64,000 bases of DNA. It comes from Fimbriosthenelais zetlandica (Eukaryota). The stretch covers positions 3,100,001 to 3,164,000 of the forward strand of contig OZ365118.1 of NCBI GenBank assembly GCA_977030845.1. The letters run 5' to 3'. Each line of letters opens with the position of its first letter. Positions within the stretch are counted from its first letter, which is position 1. Positions 13,310-26,800 of this stretch are shown one piece after another. The notes under the pieces are model-generated. The model saw nothing but the letters and a program-made list of their open reading frames with translations, searched no databases and was not told the DNA's origin. A program made the position numbers and the translations under genes.

Positions 13310-13778
13310 TAGAGACGACAACTCTGTCTTCACATTACAATGGTCTCACCCTGGAGTAAGAAACCGGAAGCGCGCATCTGTCATCCTCTGTTTTGACAGA
13401 ACTTAAATTGCAATCGTTCTGCGGTGAATGAGATTTCATGTGGAGCTTCTATTATGGAAGTTTCCAGCTACTACCTTCAGCTGCGTGCTTGCATACTTAA
13501 ACTTGTGGGAATAAAATCTTGGCATGGTATTTTGAAAGGTTAAATAGCTTGTTCACTGAGGAAGGAATGCCAGAGCTAATTTGTAAAAAGCACATCATTG
13601 GTATTTCCTAATGTCTTGCTTGTGTATTTCCGGGTGCATGTGAAGGGAAGCTGTTGGTGTAACCTTATAAGGGGTGCAGCTATGCGGCATGGCCTTGTTT
13701 TGGTGGGGTCTCCAAGGTGAGGCAAATGCCAAGGCATGGCGTTGGAGCTAGATAATATGTTGTGCTTTGCTGACACAC

Positions 13779-13885
13779 CTTGCATGGTTCCTCCGTGTTG
13801 TAGCGGGGATGGTCAGGCGTCCCCTGAGAGCGATTCATGGCTCGGGCGAGTCTGACCTTTTCGGCACGGACCTGGCCAAAGGCGG
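13779..13885 (-). CDS. Pcdh: Candidate 107-nt cytoplasmic exon (AAFGQVRAEKVRLARAMNRSQGTPDHPRYNTEEPCK), phase 1->0
   Basis: Pyrimidine-rich acceptor cccatccttcactcctcacag| and donor AAG|GTGTGT (weak). Many C-ending codons. With the 40-nt exon it totals 147 nt and preserves frame into the 12485 exon. Confidence 0.33.
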
Positions 13886-14054
13886 CTGTGAGGAGTGAAG
13901 GATGGGTCTTGGCATGGAAGGTATATGTCACCCCTCATCCCACATCGTGCACGCCTCCCTCCTGGGCAGACAACGTGATCTAAGTGTATACTGCTTCAGT
14001 GCCACCAAGGCCTCCAGGGCCCCGTTGGAGGAGGGGCTGGGGATGTGAACATAC

Positions 14055-14094
14055 CTGTGCTTGGAGGGCACCAGTGGTGTCCCGGTGTAGGTAT
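14055..14094 (-). CDS. Pcdh: Candidate 40-nt cytoplasmic micro-exon of the protocadherin (IPTPGHHWCPPST in phase 0->1)
   Basis: Acceptor caccattcccag| and strong donor CAG|GTATGT. Open in all three frames. Phase 0->1 fits between the large exon and the 13885 candidate exon. Confidence 0.3.
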
Positions 14095-14542
14095 CTGGGA
14101 ATGGTGATATATGCTCTAACTAATGGATAGGCATCAATGTGGCAAATGTTACTGTCTGTAAGGTCCTTCAGCTACTTATTCAGACGCAGGCAGCTTTTTT
14201 ACAGTGAGCCCTGAAGAAAACTAAGGTACGTAGGTAATATTTACTACCTCCTTATCTCAGCGTTAAGAGATATAAATGAATCGGATGAATGGAGAGTGGG
14301 AGACTCATCATGGAAAGTGATGATAAAAAAAGAGTAAATCCTAATAAAATCTGACGTAATCGCACTGAGTGACCTGCTCATTGATATGGCCCCGAGCAGC
14401 TGTCTATCTTCTGCTGTGTATCTGTACTGAGACAGTGTTCTAAAGTTACCTTGCCTTATTGCCTTCAGGATTGTCATTATCTATCCTTCACTCATAGGAT
14501 GCATTCTTGAAACTAATGAACACTTCTATTCATATTGGATAT

Positions 14543-14577
14543 TATTTTTGAATTTATTTTTGAATTTATTTTTGAAT
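14543..14577. repeat. 12-bp tandem repeat x3
   Basis: (tatttttgaatt)x~3. Confidence 0.9.
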
Positions 14578-17500
14578 GCAATGAAATCGGAACAGATTGT
14601 TCTCCATAAGATACCTTATCCGTCTAGAGTGCTGTCAGTGATATTCTGCTCTGTGAACATGGTCTATAGTGGATTATAAACCAGCTAGGTAGTTTCCTTT
14701 GAGAGGACATTGCCTACACAAGTTTATGAGTAGTGGAAGACGGTAAATAAGGCAGCAGTATGCACATTCATCAGACAGGAGTCTGCGGGACAGTGATCTG
14801 TGACATCAAGTGTTTTCCTGCCTGGTCCTCAACCACTGGACCTGGTTTTAAATGCCAAAGGTTTTGTCCTCAGGTCTGCATAATAGAAAGGCTTGCCTTT
14901 ACTCCGTCCCCTTTGTGCTTCTTTGAACCTCATTTCCTTTCCCTGTGCGGACTTAAAGGGCATAGCAGTATGTTTATACTTGCTCTTCTTCCTGACCTGA
15001 AGTAAGTGAGTTAAAGAAACAAACTGGTTGCTCTACTTGAATATATATAGTGTCTCCTGCCTTGAGCTACAGCAGATAAAAGGCAAGGCAACTGTACTCT
15101 TATACGGGAAAGTTGTAACATATAACGCTAATACACACTGCCATCTCCATCCCCGGGCACTGAACGCCCTATGTTTTATCAACACAGCTCTCAGCTGACC
15201 TTCTTAAATGATTTTTATATAAATCTTCTTCCTTTTCATGAAACTCTGCTAGATTTTATATAGGCAGGAATCCTAGTAAAAATACTCTCACGCACGGCAG
15301 GCACTCGCTGGAGTTTTTAGTCAGGGCCTTCAAATAACATTTGGTTTAAAAACAAGGAGGTTTGGAATGACTGTAAAGTATCCCGTGGGAGTGAGGCAGG
15401 AGGTTCTGTACTTGGATGTATTATCCCATACCTTCAATCCTTCTGTATAAACTGAATCTTAAGGAATACGTTAATCTCCTTTATAAAGTTTGTCATTCTG
15501 ATCTTCATTATGATGTGTTAATCTTAGATTAACATGATCTTGGTGAATGTGTCATTCTAGTAATACTATAGTGAACTGTTGCATTATAGGACCATCAACT
15601 GAAATGCTCCATTACCTTAGAGCCCTGATGGCCATCAGTTTGGGAAGTTGTGTATGGATCAGGAGCACCTCAGCCAGCATGAGTTAGTCAGATCGATACA
15701 CCGTTGTTATAGTGTGTATCATTATGAGCTTGTTCATACTAAGAACACGCCCCGTATTCATTACATGGTGATTGTATTGTCAATGATGGATATCCTGACA
15801 ATCCCACATCTCAAACACTACTCTCCAAGTCAATTGGTATGCCCACCATCCTGATGTATCGCAACTCATTATAACTAGCAAGCTGATAGGCCCCTGCCCG
15901 AGCCCCAGCCATCTTGCTTTAGTAATAGGAGCTGTGAAGTCATCAGATGCTGTGACATGGCTTTATTTACTAGCTTTCATACAGTATGAATATTGCTTTG
16001 GAGGCCTATTATGATAGGAGGCACTCCAGTCCCCAGGGATCAAAGCCTTGGATCACCAGCTCTTCTTGACTAGGGGAAGAGTCTTATTAACCTCCACTTG
16101 ATTGCCTTTTGTTATTGGCTTTTATTACCATGAACCTTCCCCTACTTGTACATTATGGGGCCTCATCAGCTCCCTCCTTCACCCTATGTAATATTAAACA
16201 TTTCCAGGTTAGCAATTCTAGTCAGCTTGAATATATTCATGATCCCTGTTGTATCATGGGGTTTGTTGCTTCTCTAAAAGTGATAGGATTTGAGAAGAAG
16301 CCATTGACCGGATCTTATATAGTAAATTCAGACTTATTGTGCAGGATGCATTGTGACATTTTGTCATGAAAACACTAGTGATTTTATGTCCGGGTAGAAG
16401 TGGAGCTGCTCATGTGTAACTCCGATACTCCATACACGGAGCAGCTCTGATGACCTACATACAACAGGAATAAGAGATTTCCCTATGACAAGGTCGACCT
16501 ATGGAATGTTAATAAATGGTGCTCGGATTGAGATTGGTATCACAAAGAAAGGGAGGAGGGAGAGGGAGGCCTCCCTTAGAGAGGTGGGTCACAGCCTCTG
16601 GGGGGAAAACGTATGGCAGGATCAGGGATTTATCTGGTCGTGTTATAGGCCTACAGGCGAGCTAGAGGCAGCCAGATAAGGCTGATAAGAGCTGAGAGGC
16701 TCTTTTCTTTTGTAGCTTCTACCTCGAGTCGTGTGCATCGTCAGCACTCACGCACTGCCTAAATGGAGTCTGAGAGATAGCGCACGACCTGCCGACCCCC
16801 TCCCTTATATCAGGCCCCAACTGGAGGCACCGACTACCAGCACCCAGGAAAGACCCCCATAATCGCTGTCTTGCATGTGTTCGCCTGCCTCCCCCGCCCC
16901 CCCCCCCCCACCCGGCCCCCCACAGCCAATGGCGGTCAGAATCAAACACATCAACCACCTGAATTATACAGAAGGGAAGTGCAAGCATCCAGCCTGATTG
17001 GCTTTAAACGATGGTAAACCTTAACCGGGTTCTTGAGGGAAACGTGAGCCACAGTGTAATAGGCTGCACAGACTCCCATCCTCGAGTAACCAGGGCAGAT
17101 ATGGCACACACGACCATACTGTATGATAGATATATGCCTTGAAACAAGCTGCCTCTAAGAGTCCACATGACTCGCTATCTAGACGGCCCTGTGAAGTCAG
17201 ATCTTCAATGTATAAAACACCGCACGCTATTCCTCTGGGCTTTGGAACAAGGGCTCGTTCTGATTTCTCAACCAGTGAAATTGAACCATGTCTCGGAGTT
17301 CTTTTGAGACAATTTTCAAGAAGAACTCAGGCGTAAATGGCCTGTTCCAATCATTGTGCCTTCCATCTTGTTTGGCGATTAAAAAACTGGTATTCACACG
17401 ATGTCATCCAAGCCTGATCAAAATAATCACGGAGGAATTGTTTTTGCTCCCTCGGGTTTAGTTCTTTCTTCGTGGTTTTTCTGGAGGGAGCATGGGGCCC

Positions 17501-20500
17501 TGGTTGATTGCGTTTCCTTCACTATTGCTGAGGAGACACTTCTGGGTGTCTCCTATCATTCACCGGGTTAGCTCAACCATGCAGGCTTTCTCTGCTTCTC
17601 GGTTTCAGCCCAAACAGCATGTTTTTAATGAAAAACACAAGCGTCTGCTGCAACCGGCCACCACCTCCAGGCTTTCTTGTGCTGGGGAACCTTTTTATCC
17701 CATTCTCTTTGCCTGGTCCGGCTTTGACCGCCACAAATAGAAGGTAGGCGATACAGTTAGCCTTGCTGGGGTGATGGAAAGTATTGGAGTCTCCCTGTAT
17801 GCGTCTAGATATCAGCTAGAGCAGCAAAGCCGGGGGCAAGCTTGACAAAGAGCAGTCCCAGAGGAGGCATGGTTGTGAATGAGGCATCATCCCTGCTAAG
17901 ATGCCCATACCATCCTATCTAAAGTACCCCCAACAGCATCAAACCAGGCCCTCCTTAAATGCCTCTTTGCAATATTGAGCACCTAGCAAAGAAGGTGCTC
18001 ATCCCGGTGTCATATTCACTACCTTTACCCATTAGCTATAACCTATTTCCTTGGGTGTTTAGAAACAATTATTACACCCTGCCGCACTAGTTGTATCCTA
18101 TGAATGTTTGCCTGAATGAAACGCCACTTTCCATCTACTACCTACACGTCTCCGCTCTAAGAGGCGGGAGTATTATCAACTGTATCCACGGGGCCGTAGA
18201 TCATTTTTATTTTGTGTTATTAGTATTGGGGAGATAGGGACACGGAGGGTGCATGGACGTGCCCAGGATCCCAATACAGGTTTTACCAAGTAACATCCCC
18301 ACGTATCATCACGCAAAGCCAAGGATATAAAATTTGGATTAGGGCGTATGCGTGATTTGCTTCTTACCTCATTTCAGGGAGAGACTTCCTCCTTTCTATG
18401 TTCTATTGGACTTATTGTTCAACTTTAATGGACATTTTGGGTTTTTGTTTGTTTATCATTGCAATGTGCCAAGGATGTTCAAGATGATTAAGTCTTAATT
18501 AGTAATAAATGCTTCATGGTTATTGTCAGTGGAACTATGAAATGAAAATGAGGTTGTTGTAGGGAGAATCAAGGCTAATCTTTAGCAGCCATAGCCTTTG
18601 GTGTGATATAAGGTAGAAGGTAAATAACGCACCTCTACGTCCCTCTGTGTTAACACCCACGGCCGCATAGAGGGCGTTGTAGACTGCTGCGGGCCGCCAT
18701 GTTGGTGCTGGCCTCGGTTTGGATTTTGGACATGTGTAGAACCGACTGATAATGCTGAGGCATGCGCAGGTGTCAGGGAGCCTGGAGAGACCTGGAAATA
18801 GAGCATGTATAGCGTTATTACTCCACAATCTCTCCCCATCTCACGGCTTAATACATGAACGAGGCATAAATCCAGCCGTAATTTGAAGTGCTGAAGCATG
18901 TGAAAATATCCAGAATCTGAAGGCAACTTTTGTGGCTCGAGTTACATCGATCGTGCCTAATGGGCATTTTTGAACCCATTTCCCACGTGAGAGGAACTGT
19001 TGCTATCGATTTCAACCCAGATTAGAGCTCGTGTAAAGTGGGGCATTATGCCATACGATCAATCTCACTCATTAACTCCTTGTTAAAGCATTAAAGTAAA
19101 GATATATCTGACATATATTCCAGGCATGGGGTAAAAAAACAAAGTGTTTTGCTGACTTAAAGTTTAGTGGTCAAGATTGCCTCTGTGGGAGAGCTCAATT
19201 TAGTAGACTCTGAAACTGCTGATACAGAATTTACCTTTAAACATATAAAACCTAGCCTATATTTTATGTTTCTTTCAAACTTTTCTCATTGTTTTTATTG
19301 CTTCGAACATTCTGTCATTTGAAAGTTTGAAATTTAAAGTCGAAACTTCCACTGGTTCAGTCTCCAGAATAAAGCCTTGCCATGCTCAACCATTGCTTAC
19401 GTCTCCCGACATGCCAAGCTCTGATGTCATCAGGGCTGACTTCCGGTTCCGCTGATGGCCAGTTACTGAGCGTGATGGTCGGAGGGCGAGCATTAGGTGG
19501 ATATAGGCTCATGACCACTGACCATAGGTAGACTGATGAGGAGAAAAATGACCAGAACAATATACAACTCCCCTACTACCCTCTCCTAATGTGGACTTAA
19601 CAGGGCAGAAAGCTTATACAGGTCCGATCCCTGTAGGGCTACTTACATTCCAGTCTCAACCAAACTCCATACACAGTCCCCATACTACATCATTGTATCA
19701 GTTGTGTAATGAAGGAATGAATTCAATTGTCAAGTTTAAGTGTGAACCATTGCTATTTCCGCATTGAATTTATGAACATGTAGCCTATACAGCGTAATGG
19801 GTGCAATCTACAGCACATCAAAGTGGAGTAGCGCTCCTGGCCTAATTACCTTGCAATTATACAAAGCAAGATTTCATTACCTCAATCATTACCTCCCCGG
19901 GAGAGCATATCTACAGAACTACTCCCTGTGGTGGTGGATCATAGCCAAATTCATCATCAAGTCGTCATTTTATTTGCCAAGGATAGAAAAAACAGCTCTG
20001 TATTTCCCCCTATATATCTGTACCAGTTGGTGGAACCTGTTACTCTGCTTTGGGACTACTTTAAGACCCAAACCTAGCATATTCTGGTACGTTTATGGCG
20101 ACTTTCATATCTGGCAAATGTAAAAGGATCGATCGTCAGTGATCAACAACTGTTGTAGCATGCATGGATGAGCTAACAGCCAGTGGTGAATGGTCCCCAC
20201 TGACGGCTTGATGGTGGCACTCGAGCTCCACCAGCTTTAGACACCTCCATTTATCCTGCTCTCCCATACATTTGTCAAGCCCCAGTAAACTCTCTAATCT
20301 CTGGTTTCAATATAAACATGTTTTCAAAGCTCTCCCCCCTTCCAGTTTAAACATATCTATCATCCCTATTCAGCAGGGACTAACTATAGGGCGTGCTTGT
20401 TGCTGATTGCTGTTTTAAAGGCAGGATTAATGTTAGTTATCTTTAAGTAAGATGACATTTGTAACATAGTAATATTTAAAGAATCCCAGACTACTGTCTA

Positions 20501-23149
20501 GGATTACTGTTGTATACTACAAGCCAATTATAGTAGTAGGCACTATAGGCAGGATCAGATTCCACCCATTGAGATTCCAGTCAAACTCATACTATTATCC
20601 TCAGACGACTTAATGCCAGACTGTCAAACCTTTCTGCGAAAGTCTCACTCTGTTCTTGGTAAGGTATCAACCAGATGATTGTGTTCTGAATTTACTGTCA
20701 TTCATGTAGGTGAATAGGTTTGATCATTCATGGCAGCATATTATAATACTATTATTTCCATATGCATTCATTACTCTACGATTGAGGGAATGAAACTTGA
20801 CCCAGCCATTGATCCGATCTTACAGATTATCGTGAAAATAAGAAAGGTCTCAATGAAATCCCCCATGCCCTTTTGAACCAAACCTACTTGACCATGTCCC
20901 CTATTCATGACTTTTCCTAATTCAACTACACAAGATACCTTAGGCCCTTTGGCATCTATAAGACCTGAAGCATTTCATGTTGAACCCTGTACAAGATGGC
21001 CAGACCTTAGAGTGGGCTCCTGGGACCCACTGAGATCTTCAGCTTGGACCTCTCAAGGAAGCCCAACATAAATTCACCAGGGCCATGCTATATGCCCTGT
21101 GATGCTCATAACTCTTTTGTGCAGCCTGGAAAGTCAGGGCTGGCCAGACATAGTGGGGAGTGACTGGACATCCATAAGGTTGACATGCTGGGGCTGATTA
21201 TAGTGATTGCATTGGGCGTGAATTGGTAATGGTAGTATTTAATCTGACCATCTTGTGCACGGGGGTGATTATCGGTGTGATTTGTCCGTGATTTGCACCG
21301 TGATTGGGTTGGCCTCTCGGTGGGCGCATCTCCCAGCCTAGACGGGCCCACCATAAACATACATTACCCAACCCCCTTCATGTGCAGGCTGCTCCAGCCC
21401 GCCACCAAAGATGCCTCCTCACTTCTCACACAATCTTTGTGGTGTTTTGGAAACGTGAGCTTGCTATAATATATGTTTCCACCAACGCCCTATAGCCCCA
21501 CCTATCTCTTCGGTATGCCAAGAAGGCGTCAACCACTCTTTGCCAGTCCAAATACTTAATTTCTCCCAAGGGTTTTTTTTGTTTTAAGAAATCTTTTTCA
21601 CATTTGTCAGTGAGCAGTCTTAAAACAGTTTAGACGTTTTTGTGAGAAAGCCTGGGTTTGCTTGTATGTGTTTTCCCAGAGTGCATTGTAAGATGTGGAT
21701 AAAGAAGAAGGTGACAAAGATGCTGTGTGTGTCTATAGGATAGAGTCAGGCACACCTTCAATAAGTAATCACACGATGCGAGTCTTTTTGTTCTGGATGC
21801 ATCGGGTGCTTTTCCATTATTCCTAGTTGAGTATGAATAACTGATAAAGAAGGTTTTGCTTTGGTTTTTGCACGTTGGATATCAGATAGCACCTATGACA
21901 GAGGGAGAGTGTATTAGTGGCAGTGCCTCTCCCACGTGGCTCTCTATAGTCATATATTTTATATATCAATATAAATCAGGGCCACTTTGTCACGTACAGG
22001 GACATCCCCCACCCCCCCCCCCCCCCCTATACCCTTAACACTCCATACATCCTAGCTGATAGCAACACTCAATGGAATATACCTATACTAATAAATATAA
22101 ACGGGAGCCTCTTGTATCTCAATTCTAAATATTCAAGTGGGTCCAAAAATTCCTAGCAGGTATATATACAGATTTTGGGTACCTCAGTTCTAAGAATATA
22201 TTAGATCTTTATTAGATTTTTATAATTGGAAGTATTGGATTCATGTATTGAGGTGTTTTGGCCTTTTATAAAGTAGGCTATAACACATGTATTGAATTCA
22301 TTTGGCACAATGCAATGTTAGAGATGGGGAAATTATTGTAAAGATTAATGTATATTTATTGGGAGTGAATTGCCCCCTCTGACTGAATGAACCAGGGTCG
22401 ATTATTATCATAGTCTATAATAGTAGATGTAAAGATTGAAGCAATGTCTTCAATAAGATCAGAGGTACGTTGTCTACACTGGGAACCTCCTAGGTTTCCC
22501 CTTACAATCATCATCCCGCATCAAAGGCTTGCTTTCTATACAGACATGTATTCATTATGGCAGGGTCCATATTACACTGTCACAAGCCCGGTGCTGGATA
22601 AGAAAATTTAGCATAATTTGGACAGTTTATCTCAAGAATGCAAATCAAATATTCCATACACAATGACACATGTCTGTCTAATGGAACTATTCCTATATAA
22701 TATTGACAGAGCTAACATGTAGATTAGAGAGAATATGTAATATAAGCTATTCTGTCATAGAGGATATGATCAGTGTGAAAGATGGAGAATTAGTCCCGTC
22801 TGACTTCACCATGGAAACAAAATGTACATTCCCACCACGATGTGAACATAGTTGTATGGCAATGAGCTTTCTAAGCCACCCTGATATTTGCACCGACAAC
22901 TATGCGTCGATCCGCCTGCCTTCTTACCAGTTCATGAATACAAAGTAGTTCCCTAAATGAACTCCTAATGCCTCGGCTAGAGAAAACTGAATTTGAATTC
23001 ATCTAAATTTCCAAAATATACATCCCCAGTGGGTAGGATGTATTGGTCGGGGAGTGTTTTTAGCAGTGGTGGGGGGAGATGATGTCCCACACTATAGTAT
23101 ACGGGCATTCTAGTGTAGATTGCAGCATTGACAGGGCAATCTAGATCCA

Positions 23150-23189
23150 CTCTCCCTCTCACTCTCCCTCTCCCTCTCCCTCTCCCTCC
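23150..23189. repeat. (CTCTCC)n microsatellite
   Basis: Directly visible. Confidence 0.85.
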
Positions 23190-23725
23190 ACAGACAAGGT
23201 ACAGGCCTTCCGCCCTTCCCTTATTTCCTGACACAATTTATTCCTTCGGGGCGCCAATTTCTTGTTCCCAAGACAGGAGATTAACTAGTAGATCGATGAT
23301 GTGTTGTAAATCGTATTATAATGAAACGGTTCAAAATAAGGCCTGGTCTTAACTATAGCTACGGCCCCGGGGAAAGTACAGAGGGGGTACAGGGGAGGCG
23401 GGGGTAATGTACCGTGCAATAGACGCGACTAATTCAGCTGACGGAAAGTGACAAGGCCACGTTTCACTAAAGATAGCTGAGAAAAAAATAGTTGAATTAG
23501 CCCAAAATACATCTGATCCCAAGTGAAGTAGAAAGGAGTGGCATTCACACTTAGCTGAGTTGTACCTAGATCCCACCTGATCCAAACCTCAAGAGCGAGG
23601 TTTGCCCTTCGAAATATGATAAAAACCAGTTTCTATGATCCTAATATCATGGAGATAAAAACGACTGATGTTCTTTATATGTGAGTACATTGTACTCTCG
23701 TTAAGGGAATAAAGGAAGGTTGGCT

Positions 23726-23820
23726 GGGTGGGGGGAGCCCCTTGTCCTAGCTGTGATAACTTAAATGATGGCCGGGTGGGGGGAGCCCCTTGTCCTAGCT
23801 GTGATAACTTAAATGATGGC
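23726..23820. repeat. 48-bp-period perfect tandem duplication
   Basis: gggtggggggagccccttgtcctagctgtgataacttaaatgatggc at 23726 and 23774. Confidence 0.92.
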
Positions 23821-26800
23821 TGTTTGCTGTAATAAAGCACTGCCCCCTAGCGACAGATCAAATGTAATGGCATTCAGGCCCGAGGCGAGAACCCTTCCAC
23901 TTGTTGCTTGGATAAGCACATCAAAAAGAAATCCATTCACTTCTACCTAAAATAATATTTGTTTCGTCTCGCGATGATATTTCCTTCTTTCAGTCGGAAA
24001 AGGGAAATTTATTGCATGAAAAGTTAAAAAGTGGAAGGTTGACTTGGCTAGAAGTCAGTGGGAGGAAGATTTCATTACGTGTTTTAAGGTGTTTTGTAAT
24101 AATAACACGGAAAGCAGTACAAAGCCAATTTTTCGGGAGCAGATTAAATTTCAAATCCTATTCCCAATTATACCGTCTTCAGTATAAAACCAGAGAGACG
24201 TATGATTACAAGTTTGTTTAAAGTTAACTTGGATGAAATCCTCCCAACCCTTGATGCCCCGTGCTCGTTCATTATTCATCTGTGATAATTACGTTAGTCA
24301 CTGTAGCCATTGAGAAAAACACACTTTTTTCCATAATGACATCCAACTATCCATATTGGCCATCACCTGGCCATTTTTTCCCTCTTTTTCATCCCACTCA
24401 AGCCATCACTCAAAACAAATGCCTTAATTTTTGTCCGTCCTTCCACTCGGGACAAGAACACATTTTATTTTTTTTGACTCCACTTCTTGTCGCTGATTAA
24501 TGATTATTTTTCGCCGGCGAGCTGGGTGGGTAATAGATTGCCTGAGTGGCTTCTGTCTCTTTGGATGACTCCACTCTGGGATCATATGATAAACGCGTGA
24601 TAGGATAAAGATCTAGGGAGATAGGCCTAGAGTTTGATGGATGGTCAGGTTCATCCCACCTAAAGTATGGCCCCTTCATGCTATTGTAATCCGACCTTTG
24701 AAGCCGACCAGTGAATCTCTTATGTTGCCCTGGTCGCCTGTATATTGATGTGAAGGAAGAGCAATATGGATACTGCTCTATTAGATTATATACTCCCAAA
24801 GTATACCTGATAGGGCTTGATTCCTTCCTGCCTGCCGCGCGCCCATTGCGGCCTACCAGAAATAGGCCCCCAAGGCACAAAAGGTTGTGCTGAATCGTAG
24901 CTATTGATTGTATTGGGCGGATAGGGGCGATGGGAAGGGCTTTAATGCAATAAAGGGTGAATCTAGTTGTGGGAACCATCGACTGCCTCATGCCCATAGC
25001 TGCACTGCTGGAACCACTGCTGGAAGCCTTTCTCCTACCCAAGCGCTTGGTCGATTTTTACACTTGTATTTGTCACTGTCTTACACTGTCTTCTTAATGC
25101 CCTAAGTGTGTCCCCTTCTATGGTTTCCCTATTGGTTTTATCACTTCTGAATAAGTAACTGATGATAAATCTGTGATTTCTTTGACCCGGTATATAAGTC
25201 TGAACTACTAAGACCACCCACATATATAAATGTTGCAGGCTTTGCCTCTGGCTCCTTACTCCAGCACCTCCAGGGTACAAGAGTCAAGCAGTGAGAGATG
25301 CCTGGCACTGGTCATCTAAATGACCACTAGTATCCATCCATACTGCCTCTTTCACACCTGTACTGGTCAGCCAATGACCATTGGTTGACCAGCCATCAGG
25401 CCTGTCCACCTATATCATGATGAGTCCTGATCATGGGCCAGCTCTGTGGGCTTTTGACAGCCATAGAAACCCATAGGTTTACATGAAGACTGGTAGATAA
25501 AGAGAAAAGGTGGATGGGCGGAATGAGAAGTAATATGGCTCAATATGGGCAACAGTATAGAGGAACAAGGTGCAAGGAAGGGGTGAGAAGGAGATGCAAG
25601 GTGTAGAAGGGGGGATGGGTGAAGGGGATGGAATAGAGCAGGGACAGGAGGAGGAAGAGCAGAAGAAAGAACAGGAGTGAGAGCAGATAGGAAAGAAAGA
25701 AGGAAAAGAGGAGATAGATACCTCATACAGACCCTAAGGGAAGAATAACACCTTCTGCATTATGGATAGACCGGGAATGTCGACTTCTCACATGGTTACA
25801 TTTATTGTCTAAGAAGATGTCATAAATGGCATCATAAGATATAACCTAGGGACAGCGGCGATAAGCCATGGCTGGGGGATATAGGGAATATACTAATATA
25901 GTATGAGGAAAGGCAAAAAACAAGCCCCGGGTGAACGAGCTGGGCCGGGCTGCCGGAGACAGAGCGGGAGATGTAGGAGGTGCCATGGATGTGTATTAAA
26001 ACCCAGCCCACTGAGGCGTGTTGATAGTCTTAATATCATTTATGAAAACAGACGTGGACTGCACGTGAGGCACATGGCCCTATCCTCCCCACTCTATAGT
26101 CTCTAGTCAGGCCCAGGAGGATAAAAACACCCCCAGTTATAGAAGCTGTGAATACAGATTGCCTGTCATTATACTCGCATATCTGATGGTCATTGCTCGG
26201 GACTGTTTCCCTGAGAAAATATAAGGAACAAGTGCAAGTGCGATCTACTATAGTGAACAAATTAGACTTGAAACCCTCCTCCAACCCAATGGGCTTCTCT
26301 GTGATATTTACGAGGCATGATTGGAAGGCAGGCATTATGGTAGAGTGCATTGTACTATAAAGGTAGAAAATAAAGTTGAAGAGAAGCTCATATTGTAGCA
26401 GTGTTGATAGTATGGGAGGCTGAGCTGCTGGGAGGATCTGGGACTACCGGTGGGACTACTCATTACAACTACCCCCCATCATTCAGCCTTATCATCACGT
26501 CACTCCACCCGCTCTCCCTCTATCCCACTATAGGACATGTCCAGGAGCTGGGCTCTCAGTAATATAATAAATTTCTATTATTACAATATCAGTGAAGGGA
26601 GATGTCCGGCCTTTTCCTGTGTCATGTGCTGTGTGGAGGCCTCCATGGCTTCCTCCAGGCCGGCCACTGCCAGCAGGAAGCAGGATGGAGGGGTGGATGG
26701 AGAGGGCCACATAATACGAGCCCAGGAAATGAAGGCCAGTCTCTATCTCTCAGGCAGATTGGCGGAGGCCTCGTGTAGAAGAAGGACTTATTATTTATTA

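Noticed and set aside
17227-17490. Two adjoining minus-strand frames that read like protein (KELNPREQKQFLRDYFDQAW / DWNRPFTPEFFLKIVSKELRDMVQFHW)
   Set aside because: Requires a frameshift and I cannot assign a family. A tBLASTx/HMMER hit to a transposon or gene would revive it.
19401-19532. 132-nt exon-like segment (catttttctcctcatcag| ... AC|GTAAGC)
   Set aside because: Open only in phase 1 but lies downstream of a phase-0 donor, and the peptide is not recognisable.
24497-25042. 181-aa minus-strand ORF
   Set aside because: No recognisable domain, no coding-like composition and no convincing splice context.
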